DNA of 64,000 nt from Candidatus Sumerlaeaceae bacterium. GTDB taxonomy: Bacteria; Sumerlaeota; Sumerlaeia; Sumerlaeales; Sumerlaeaceae. Positions 51,892 to 62,235 of the stretch are shown here, piece after piece. Location of the stretch: contig JBPCLP010000035.1 in assembly GCA_051003195.1 (NCBI GenBank), positions 32,001-96,000 on the forward strand. Direction: 5' to 3'. Under the pieces are notes generated by a model. It saw only the letters and a program-made list of their open reading frames with translations, was not told the origin of the DNA and ran no database searches. The position numbers and the translations under genes were made by a program. The first letter of the stretch is position 1. Each line of letters opens with the position of its first letter.

Positions 51892-53836
51892 GCAGCGCGC
51901 TTCTGCGCTCATTCTTTCGCTTGCCATGGCGACGATCCTTCTCGGGTCGGTTGCAGCAATGCTCTATGCCATGCGTAACTCAATCAGAGCTTCGGATGAC
52001 CGTATTGCTTATGAAGAGAACTACCATTGCGCAATGAGTGGCCTGGCAGCCGCCAAGTACTGGCTGTTCAAGCACGGTGTGCCAGCCAAGGCGCAGCTGG
52101 CCGGAACCATGGGTAATACCATCGATGCTCTTGCGTCGGGTTCCGTAAACTTATCCAATTACGTCCGCGAAAACGCAACGGGTTCGAACACGCCTTATAC
52201 CATGAGTGGCCAGGCAATTTTGCAAAAATACACGCAGGCCGTTTCCACTCTTGGAACTGGAGATCCGGCTTTGCCAGGCGGCAGGAGAGTGCTGGCTCAG
52301 CTTGGGTCGGACGATTCAAAACTTATCTTTCTTCGCAGAGACGTCCCGGAGATGAACACGCAGGATCTTTTTGAAGGAACCGATACTCCCCGATCTTACG
52401 TTAGCAAAATCAGATTTACAACCCCTTACGGAAACGATGACCCGACTAACTACCAGCCGGACGACCTGCGCAGGGTCAGCATAATCGTCGAAGCGACTGC
52501 CGTCACGAAGGGCCAGGGAGTTAAAAAGGTTAGAACTCTGCAGCAGAAGCTGCTGGTTGTCCCCGTTCACGGCGAAAGTGAAGATCCCATACTGGGCCCG
52601 GTTGCAGGGGTCGCATTCGGCGGTGGTGCGGTGACAGTCACGGGCGTCAGTAGCCTTAAGATTCACTGGGGGCCGGTTTGGAGCAAGGCGAACATCGAGC
52701 TGCTGCAATTGGCCTTCACCCCAACTGCCGGTACTGCCGTGAAGACGCTGGCCGCCGGTAGCGATCAACAGGGAAAGTTCTACGGTGCGGGCACGTTGAA
52801 CGATGGCCTTTTTGAGAAATGGGTCAAGTATCAGACAGCGGGCCTGTTTACCACCACGGGTGGGACGCCCATCTTTAAAGACTCCGCTTCGACCAGTTTG
52901 ACCAATCCAACCATAAACGGGGTGCCCGTGAAAGATCTTTTTGTCCAGATCGTGAACGGTTCTTTTGGAGCCAACTGGGGATCCGGTACGAACAATAAGC
53001 TTCGGCTGGACGGGGTTTACAAGGATACATATAAAACGGCGGCTGGCGTATGGGCGGGCGCCGGACTTGGACCCGGGATACTTTACGACAACCTCGGTGC
53101 AGGACAAAACCAATACACGACGGGCACCGGAGCGCTTGTGCAGCGCGACGCCAGCATGATCGGTAAAGTTGACAATCTGATTAATACGCAGTTGGATTAT
53201 AATACCTGGAAGCAATTCGCAATCGCCAATAACAGCTACATACGGCCCGCAAATACCGGAAATGGTTTTGTTAACCAAGTTGGACAGACCTTGTATGTGA
53301 CCCCTGCCAGGACGCTTTCGACCTCACCCACCGGAAACAGTGCCCTCACAGATCTGAAACAGATCAGCATTCCGACAAGCTTGATTCCGGCCGATGGAAA
53401 TACTGCAAAGTTGCGGGATCGCATATTGTTTATCGACAATAAGCCCAATGGCCAGTTTGGCAGCGTCGCGATAAAGTCTGGATTCTTCTGGAAGGGGCTC
53501 ATGTATGTGCACGGCGGTGTGGACATCCAGGGCGCAGGTGCGTCTGGTAACGTTCTGTTGAAGAATCCCGATGAGTACAAAACCGATCCAACCGGGTCAT
53601 CGACCGGCACGAAAATCGGCAATATCATCATGGACGGTGTCATGCTGGTCGAAGGAACCTTAAGCCGCTCCGGTAACGCGGCCATTTACGGTTCGTTGGT
53701 TGCAAAGGGCGGATATAGTGGTAACGGAACGGTGGATATTTATTATAACTCACGAAATGCAGGCGGCCTTTTCAAAGAGGTTGTGGACGACCAGACGATT
53801 TCGCAAATCATCACCGGGCCAACCATGGAAATTTAG
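51842..53836 (+). CDS. Large PilX-like minor pilin / putative tip adhesin
   Basis: AAGGAG RBS; QRASALILSL helix lacking Glu5, AMSGLAAA, IIVEAT; Gly/Thr/Asn-rich beta C-terminus. Confidence 0.75.
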   Translation: MGTRTQPLHLCLVWRSKQRASALILSLAMATILLGSVAAMLYAMRNSIRASDDRIAYEENYHCAMSGLAAAKYWLFKHGVPAKAQLAGTMGNTIDALASGSVNLSNYVRENATGSNTPYTMSGQAILQKYTQAVSTLGTGDPALPGGRRVLAQLGSDDSKLIFLRRDVPEMNTQDLFEGTDTPRSYVSKIRFTTPYGNDDPTNYQPDDLRRVSIIVEATAVTKGQGVKKVRTLQQKLLVVPVHGESEDPILGPVAGVAFGGGAVTVTGVSSLKIHWGPVWSKANIELLQLAFTPTAGTAVKTLAAGSDQQGKFYGAGTLNDGLFEKWVKYQTAGLFTTTGGTPIFKDSASTSLTNPTINGVPVKDLFVQIVNGSFGANWGSGTNNKLRLDGVYKDTYKTAAGVWAGAGLGPGILYDNLGAGQNQYTTGTGALVQRDASMIGKVDNLINTQLDYNTWKQFAIANNSYIRPANTGNGFVNQVGQTLYVTPARTLSTSPTGNSALTDLKQISIPTSLIPADGNTAKLRDRILFIDNKPNGQFGSVAIKSGFFWKGLMYVHGGVDIQGAGASGNVLLKNPDEYKTDPTGSSTGTKIGNIIMDGVMLVEGTLSRSGNAAIYGSLVAKGGYSGNGTVDIYYNSRNAGGLFKEVVDDQTISQIITGPTMEI

Positions 53837-53884
53837 CCGGTCAGCATTAATAGCGCGCCCTGGTCTCAGTTCAAAGGAAGTAAG

Positions 53885-54805
53885 TTGATTACAAGCGCCG
53901 CGGAAACGCGCCTGGTGTCCATTCTTCCTTCCGATCCAGCGAATCTCTGGGTCAGGGATCTTCGCAATGGTGAACTACGCACATACCAGGTAAGCAGGGC
54001 TGAGCGCCTAACGGTGTACGGCGGCACAGAGGACCATTTTGCTTTAGTGCATCATTATGGAAATGGCAAAATCGATATTACCGCGCATACTTTTGACAAA
54101 GTGCCTGAGGTAGTATCGGCACTTCATATGGATGCGATGGGCCAGCGCTTCGAAGGCCCGCAGGAAGTATGGAAACACCTTCCCATTGCCTATCTATTTG
54201 CCGGCAGGAATCGGTATAATACTCTCGAAACACAGGTGCTTGTTGTGGATGCGTCCCGACGCCACGCAACCGCATATACATTTCCATCGGAAGCCGACTT
54301 GTTGCTCGGCGACACTGGAAGTATGGAAGGCGTTGCGGAAGCTAACGGAGGCCCGCTATTGATCAGCACGGACAAGGGTGGTGTCTACCTTGTGAATCCT
54401 TTCCGCTGGAAAGCAATGCAAACCGTTGTTGAGAAAGGCACGGCAACATGCGCATGTGCAGTATCTTATCGGCATAAAGAAAGCGAGTTTTGGGTTGCAG
54501 ACGCAAACCGGATCATTCGTCTGCGGAAAAGGATGCTTCGCCCCTGGTCACCCGTGGGGGAGTTGCCGATATCCGCGGGCTCAAGTGGGGAAAAGTTGCA
54601 GCGGGTGGCCATCTCCTTTAGTGCCTCCGGCAATATGGCCGTCGTGATCCGGCCAGATCGGCAGGAGGCGATTGTGGTCGATTGTACTACTTTTGCCGTA
54701 GCCCGAAGGTTAGCCTGGCGAGGTGCAGAGCAGGCAACAACCGTACTTAACAGCGGTAGAATTGTCGGGCGCGAGCCTGCAACCGGGGAATTATTGGAAG
54801 CATAA
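53885..54805 (+). CDS. Hypothetical protein, possibly beta-propeller
   Basis: 306-aa ORF with AAGGA RBS; repeated short beta-strand-like segments. Confidence 0.6.
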   Translation: MITSAAETRLVSILPSDPANLWVRDLRNGELRTYQVSRAERLTVYGGTEDHFALVHHYGNGKIDITAHTFDKVPEVVSALHMDAMGQRFEGPQEVWKHLPIAYLFAGRNRYNTLETQVLVVDASRRHATAYTFPSEADLLLGDTGSMEGVAEANGGPLLISTDKGGVYLVNPFRWKAMQTVVEKGTATCACAVSYRHKESEFWVADANRIIRLRKRMLRPWSPVGELPISAGSSGEKLQRVAISFSASGNMAVVIRPDRQEAIVVDCTTFAVARRLAWRGAEQATTVLNSGRIVGREPATGELLEA

Positions 54806-54990
54806 GGCCTGTCGGGTTTCCGTACGCTATGCTATGTGGTTTACCTTTAGTTCGTTGGCAGGTTCTGTCTGCCGAATGAGCGCAGAATCACATGTATACG
54901 TGGATAGGAACTTCTGATTCGGCACACCAGGATTGATTTGGCATTGGTATCGTAGCACCACATTTACTGATAACACGATCGGATGCAGAA

Positions 54991-56205
54991 TTGCTCGGAC
55001 CCATTGACCCACGTGACCGGCAGCTCGCGAAAACGCTGCTCAAGTACTCCACCAAAGCACAGCCGGGTGAGCTCGTATTCATTATGTGCTCAGGGCTGGA
55101 GACGCTCGGCCTGGGTGCGGCATGCGTCGAAGAAGCCGCACGTATGGGCGCCGCGCCGTATCTGCAAATTGTCGACCCAGAGATACAGCGTCTGCTGATG
55201 CACAGTGGCAACGAAGGCGTTTTCAGGCGGCTCGGCCGATTCGAGCTGAAACAGATGAAGGACGCCGACTGTTTCATTGGCATCCGCGGCACCGCGAACG
55301 CATTTGAACTTTCAGATGTACCGGCCAGGCAGATGGAATTCAATAACCGCCACATCGTAAAACCCGTGCACCTGGAGGAACGCGTAAAACGAACGCGCTG
55401 GTGCGTCTTGCGCTATCCCAATCCCGCGATGGCGCAGCTTGCAAAGCAGAGCACCAGTGCCTTCGCGGATTTTTATTACCGCGTCTGCCTGGTCGACTAC
55501 GCGGAGATGGCGCGCGCTGTAAAGCCGTTGCAGCGCCTTATGGAACGCACGAGCGACGTCCACATTATCGGCCCCGGTCAGACCGACCTGCGATTTTCTA
55601 TTAAAGACATCCCGGTAATCCCATGTTGCGGCGAAATGAACATACCCGATGGGGAGTGCTTTACCGCGCCGGTACGCAATAGTGTGAACGGCACGGTTCA
55701 GTTCAATGCGCCCAGCGTCTGGGAGGGGACCGCATACGAAAATTTATCGCTTACATTTCACGACGGAAAGATCGTGGATGCCACCGCCGCCGACGCGGCG
55801 CAGACCAGGCGCCTGAACCACGTTCTGGACCAGGACGCCGGCGCCCGGTTCGTCGGCGAGTTTTCCATCGCCTTCCATCCCCAAATTCTGGAACCCATGC
55901 GCGACATCCTTTTCGACGAGAAGATCGCAGGTAGTTTCCACATGGCCATGGGCCAGGCCTACGATGAAGCCAGTAATGGAAACAAGAGCACTATCCATTG
56001 GGACATGGTCTGCATCCAGCGGCCCGAATATGGCGGTGGCGAAATCTACTTCGACGGAGAACTGGTTCGCAGGAACGGAATGTTTCTACCAAAGGAACTC
56101 CAAGGGCTGAACCGGCGGAAAGGAAGAGCGAAGAGCGAAGGCCGAAGAGCGAAAGAAACGCGAGTTCGTAGTCTCAAAAAGGCACATACCACGCAAAAGA
56201 AGTAA
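54991..56205 (+). CDS. Aminopeptidase, peptidase M29 (AmpS/PepS) family
   Basis: NIPDGECFTAP, GEF, DILFDEKIAGSFHMAMGQAY, NKSTIHWD. Confidence 0.93.
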   Translation: MLGPIDPRDRQLAKTLLKYSTKAQPGELVFIMCSGLETLGLGAACVEEAARMGAAPYLQIVDPEIQRLLMHSGNEGVFRRLGRFELKQMKDADCFIGIRGTANAFELSDVPARQMEFNNRHIVKPVHLEERVKRTRWCVLRYPNPAMAQLAKQSTSAFADFYYRVCLVDYAEMARAVKPLQRLMERTSDVHIIGPGQTDLRFSIKDIPVIPCCGEMNIPDGECFTAPVRNSVNGTVQFNAPSVWEGTAYENLSLTFHDGKIVDATAADAAQTRRLNHVLDQDAGARFVGEFSIAFHPQILEPMRDILFDEKIAGSFHMAMGQAYDEASNGNKSTIHWDMVCIQRPEYGGGEIYFDGELVRRNGMFLPKELQGLNRRKGRAKSEGRRAKETRVRSLKKAHTTQKK

Positions 56206-56284
56206 CAATGGCGCATCAAACGCTGACTGAACACGATCAGTACAAATTGGTAATTGAGACAGCCATACTGAACGGAGTGGTCCC

Positions 56285-56473
56285 ATGAAGAAGAAGTTCG
56301 TGTACTATGAAGAAGATGGCGCCTTGATCGGCTGGCTAGAGGAATTTCCTGACTACAGAACTCAAGGTGCAAGCATCGAGGAGCTTAAAGAAAACCTGTT
56401 GGACCTTTATAGAGACCTGACATCCGCTCTCATTCCATCTCTAAGAAAAGTTGGCGAGCTGGTTATCGCTTGA
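56285..56473 (+). CDS. hicB: HicB-family antitoxin (short form)
   Basis: YYEEDG.LIGWLEEFPDYRTQG.SIEELKENL; GGAG RBS. Confidence 0.9.
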   Translation: MKKKFVYYEEDGALIGWLEEFPDYRTQGASIEELKENLLDLYRDLTSALIPSLRKVGELVIA

Positions 56474-56644
56474 AGCGTACTGATCTGATTAGAAGGATCA
56501 AGAGCAAGGGGTGTGTACTCATACGGCATGGTGGAAAGCACGACTTGGTACCAAAATCCTGCCACGAAAGTTAGTCAGCCAGTGCCGAGGCACAGGGAAA
56601 TTAAAGAGAGTCTCGCTCACCACATTATTAAAATGCTGAGCTAA
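56470..56644 (+). pseudogene. hicA: HicA-family mRNA interferase toxin with +1 frameshift
   Basis: TTG start overlaps the hicB stop; MKRTDLIRRIKSKGCVLIRHGGKHD, extra T at 56545-56546, then WYQNPATKVSQPVPRHREIKESLAHHIIKMLS; span is 58 codons plus 1 base. Confidence 0.88.
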
Positions 56645-56650
56645 TCAGAA

Positions 56651-56753
56651 CTACCCCTCCACCTTTAGCACGGCCATAAACGCTTCCTGCGGAATTTCGA
56701 CGCGGCCCACCTGCTTCATCCGCTTCTTGCCTTCCTTCTGTTTTTTCAGCAGC
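56651..56753 (-). repeat. Direct-repeat copy of the lepA 3' end
   Basis: 56652-56745 is identical to 57738-57831 (94 bp); stop codon TAG versus TAA. Confidence 0.97.
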
Positions 56754-56919
56754 GCCTTTCCCGGGCGTACAAGCGCAACTCGAACACATTGAGGAAGAGA
56801 CCGGCGGCAACTGGTATGAATGGGCGGATCACCAGATGAAGGGGTGGCTATGCCCTGCGCTGTTTAAGTATTTCGACGCGGCCCCAAAGACGATTTACGT
56901 GCGCGCGGAGAGACTATGA
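56743..56919 (+). pseudogene. C-terminal fragment of a DUF6717-like protein
   Basis: FSAAPFPG...EETGGNWY...[19 protein letters not shown]; no start codon, 5' part replaced by the lepA duplicate. Confidence 0.7.
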
Positions 56920-56929
56920 AGCAAGCAGA

Positions 56930-57395
56930 CTAACCAGTGCCTCGCAATTTCTGCATAAACTGCTCGACTGCAGATGAGGATTCTCGCATGGTAGAACTGC
57001 AGCTTTCGACCAGATGCTCCATTTTATGCCAATCCAAATCGAAAGAATAAGAGTGTCGGAACATGTGCCTGAAATGCATGTAGTCACGCAGGGTGTCGGC
57101 AAACTCGTCGTTGAAAAGCGCAGGTCGGTCGCTGGTTGAAACCGTGAGCTTCTGAAGAAGATCAGAGTGCCAGGTATCGCCAGCTGGCAAAGCGCCGTCC
57201 ACTCGTATGGCTATGCGCTTCATTACATTCTCCACGCCGTTGTAAAACCCGTGGAGTACAGCGGCCACGGCCTGCCAGAGAATCTATATCTGGGTCTGCT
57301 GCTCCGGCAGTTTCAAAGAGGCGATGATGCCGCTGAAGCAGTGTATGTAACTTCTCAAGTTCGACCGTGATTTCTATTTCAAGCTCACGCGACAC
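56930..57395 (-). pseudogene. HEPN-domain (HepT-like) ribonuclease toxin with +1 frameshift
   Basis: Two ORF halves (57162-57395 and 56930-57268) join if one G near 57272 is removed; LHGFYNGVE, WHSDLL and the RHMFRH (R-x4-H) motif. Confidence 0.85.
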
Positions 57396-57666
57396 GGCGA
57401 AGCATGTGCAGCTGGTGCAAGCAGCGTGTAAATGGCGTGTCTTCGTCCAGGTCGACCAGGTCCAAAGGACGCCCCAGTTCCCGCTGGGCCTGGCCCATCG
57501 CGCGGAAGAAGTTGCGTGGCGGCAATCCGCTCACTGCGAGGTCCACATCGGAGGCTTCGTGCATTGTATTGTCGGCTGCCGAGCCAAAGACGTAAACCTG
57601 CTTAGCGCCTGCAGAAACAAGCGCGGCCGCGGCTCGCCTTATACCATCCTCGTGATTACTTTCCAT
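57385..57666 (-). CDS. Minimal nucleotidyltransferase (MNT/MntA-like) antitoxin
   Basis: VYVFGS...SDVDLAVSG...LDLVDL; overlaps the HEPN start. Confidence 0.9.
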   Translation of the reverse strand: MESNHEDGIRRAAAALVSAGAKQVYVFGSAADNTMHEASDVDLAVSGLPPRNFFRAMGQAQRELGRPLDLVDLDEDTPFTRCLHQLHMLRRVA

Positions 57667-57736
57667 TGCTCGAGAACCTACAATCGTTACGAACTACCAT
57701 TGCGCAAATGGTTCGTTTTAAAACCGGTGACACAAC

Positions 57737-59536
<1,800 letters not shown>

Positions 59537-59688
59537 AACCGCGCATAAGTACAGATTCGCCGGGAAAAATGCTGGTTTGCATGATTTCGGGCCCAGCCAT
59601 GAAGATCTGCCAGCCCTTAATTTGCTACTGAAGGATTGCTCTACAGGTTCAACACGATACCCCCGGTTGCACTTGGATAAGGTCGCGT

Positions 59689-60039
59689 TTACTCTGGGGG
59701 CCGAATCCTGATTTTTTGCGGATCGGCAACTACAAGGGCTCCAGCCATGAGTTCGAGCGCATACCGTAGCAGAATTTGGTGCGAGATCCAGGCCTGCTCC
59801 GTCGCAGAAAAGCCCGATAATCGAATGATCCCCTTGTGAGGCGCACCTCTTACAATCGCCAACTCGCCGAAATCCTTGTCCAAGGTAATTAGAATTCGGC
59901 TATCTGATTCTGCGCGCTTCAGGATTTCTTCATCGCCTGGATCTACCGCCCACTGCCCTGCATACTCGACGTCGTAACCCAAAGCCTCAAGCTGAGGGAA
60001 CGCGCCACCCCAGATACAGGAATCCAGTAGTATTTTTAA
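59689..60039 (-). pseudogene. DUF5615 PIN-like putative toxin; expected start codon reads TTA
   Basis: Frame reads (TTA)KILLDSCIW...DPGDEEIL...[13 protein letters not shown]...HKGIIRL; the TTA overlaps the DUF433 stop. Confidence 0.75.
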
Positions 60040-60293
60040 GCCGCGTAAGGCGATATTGCCGGTTCCACGCGTTCATGACCTACGACTCGATACGCATACA
60101 GCAGACAAGCTTGCACGTCTTCAGCCTCTAACCAGGGATAGCCTCCCAGGATTGTTTCCAGCGAATCTCCAGCAGCCAACATCCCAAGGACATGCTCGAC
60201 TGCCAGTCTGCGTCCTCGAATGATGGGTTTCCCCCCAAAAATCTGAGGACTTACAGTAATCCGCTCCAGTAGTGCTTTCTCGTCCTTAATCAC
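60036..60293 (-). CDS. DUF433 protein (putative antitoxin partner of DUF5615)
   Basis: RITVSPQIFGGKPIIRGRRL.VE.VL...YPWL..EDV.ACL.YA; GAGGTG RBS. Confidence 0.92.
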   Translation of the reverse strand: MIKDEKALLERITVSPQIFGGKPIIRGRRLAVEHVLGMLAAGDSLETILGGYPWLEAEDVQACLLYAYRVVGHERVEPAISPYAA

Positions 60294-60342
60294 AATAGCT
60301 CACCTCGAGCATTTCGATATCTTTAATTATTACGCTACCTCA

Positions 60343-62127
60343 TCAAATAATCAACCGCACCCCACCGAGGTCTTTGAGCCCGTAAATCAGGCGCCCTTCC
60401 GGCGAGCCCATGAACATAAAGTTCACCGGGATACGCCAGCGCTTCGACAACTCCTGGATCAGCTCCGGCGTAAACTTGCCTTCGATCACTTCAAAGTCGA
60501 CGTCTATCTCCGTATAAGCGTCATCCAGAATCTCGAGCTCCTGCTTTAACCGGACCGGTATGTCTTCGGGCTTGTTTACGACCGTGACCACTTTGATTCG
60601 GTTCGTGTGCTCATTCTGTATCACGTACTGCATCACCCGGTTCAGGTGCGCAATATTGTGGCCACGCGTAAAAAAGACAAACTGCTGCGCGTTAATCTCT
60701 TCAATCCGGTACTGAATGGATTCTGCGAGGTCTTTCAGGGGAAGCCGGAGCGTCAGAATCGCAGCGCGTATAATGTACAGAATCCCGCGCATAATCTCGA
60801 TTCGCTCCAGCATCACAAAAACGATCAGCACTGCGGGGATAAAGTACTTTAGAAAGACCTTAAGGTAAGCGGGGTTCATTATGGCGTTTCCATACAGACC
60901 CAGCAGCACTGCCGCGATTCCTGCAATTACCGTCGACCATCGCGCACGCGTTGGCCGGGGCAATCGGCTGCGCATGGTCTTCAGCAGCACGTTGCCTATT
61001 CCGAAAAGCGCCATTACGGACAGAAATGAGATTGTATAGACTCCCGCCAACGCCTTCAGGTCGCCATGGGTAATCAGCAGGACCGAAACGCAAAGCGCAA
61101 AAAACAGGATAAAGATTCGATGAGTCGTGCCGCGCCGGTTTGTCTTCAGCAGAAATTGTGGAAGGCACCGGTCCAGCGTCATCCGTCGGACCAGACCATT
61201 CACACCCACATAACTCGTCAGCACGGCGCCACTCAACACCAGCACAGCATCCACTGAGATCAGAGCAGAAAGCCATTTGCCTCCCGCCATTTGCCCCATG
61301 TATGAAAGAAGCGCGGATTCATGCTGATGAACCTGTCCAATCGGCAGCAGCGCAAGCGCGAGCAGCGCCATCGTCGGATTAAAAATACTGACGGTGACCC
61401 ACATATTCCGCAATGTCTTCGGGAACACGCCCTCTTCCTGTTCCTCGACAAAGTTTGCCGAACTCTCGAACCCGGAAATTCCCAGCAGGGCAGCAGAAAA
61501 GCCGAAGAAGAGCGCCATTAAGACCCCATTAGGCGTGGGCGAAGCAAGATTTGCCATCAGTGTGCCTGTTCCATGCATGAACAGGTAAACGATACCCACA
61601 AGCAGCAGCAGGCTGAGCGAAGCCAGGTGCAGCAGAAAGATGCCGATAGCCACAATGGCAGACTCTGCAATACCAATGATGGTGAGCCCGGCGAACACCG
61701 CCAGCAGGATAATTGTCGCATTAATGACCGGCAGTCCGTGCCACAGCGACTGCAGGTAGTGCATCGCCTCAGTTGCCGAGATAACGCCCGTGGCCATATA
61801 GGACAGGATCGTCAGGCAGGCCGCAAGACTTGCTCGAAACTTACTCGTCGTGTTCAGCAGCGCGTTATAGGCGCCGCCGTTCAGCGGCAATGCGCCTACC
61901 ACTTCCTCGTAAATGGATCGAAACAGGTAAAGCACTGCCGCAACCATCAGCAGAACTACGGGCGCCCATTTCCCTGCGTAGATAATCGCCAAAGCCGAAA
62001 CATAAAGACACGACGAAGTGATGTCATTCCCGCAGATGGCAGTGGCCGCGAGCTCTTTTAGCCCGCGCGACCGTTTATGCTCAGCCGGCAGTGCGATTGC
62101 CGGGGGCAACTCTATGTTATTTATCAT
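60343..62127 (-). CDS. APC-family amino acid permease with C-terminal soluble domain
   Basis: ATAICGNDITSSCLY, LPLNGGAY, GISGFESSANF; about 12 TM segments. Confidence 0.9.
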   Translation of the reverse strand: MINNIELPPAIALPAEHKRSRGLKELAATAICGNDITSSCLYVSALAIIYAGKWAPVVLLMVAAVLYLFRSIYEEVVGALPLNGGAYNALLNTTSKFRASLAACLTILSYMATGVISATEAMHYLQSLWHGLPVINATIILLAVFAGLTIIGIAESAIVAIGIFLLHLASLSLLLLVGIVYLFMHGTGTLMANLASPTPNGVLMALFFGFSAALLGISGFESSANFVEEQEEGVFPKTLRNMWVTVSIFNPTMALLALALLPIGQVHQHESALLSYMGQMAGGKWLSALISVDAVLVLSGAVLTSYVGVNGLVRRMTLDRCLPQFLLKTNRRGTTHRIFILFFALCVSVLLITHGDLKALAGVYTISFLSVMALFGIGNVLLKTMRSRLPRPTRARWSTVIAGIAAVLLGLYGNAIMNPAYLKVFLKYFIPAVLIVFVMLERIEIMRGILYIIRAAILTLRLPLKDLAESIQYRIEEINAQQFVFFTRGHNIAHLNRVMQYVIQNEHTNRIKVVTVVNKPEDIPVRLKQELEILDDAYTEIDVDFEVIEGKFTPELIQELSKRWRIPVNFMFMGSPEGRLIYGLKDLGGVRLII

Positions 62128-62235
62128 CGAAGCAGCGAGATGTAAGCGACCTCAAAACACGCTGGTCCAGAAGAATGCAAAGCCCCTAACAATTGTCTCG
62201 AGTCGCACTTGAACGACGTGTCGAGCGGCTCCTCT

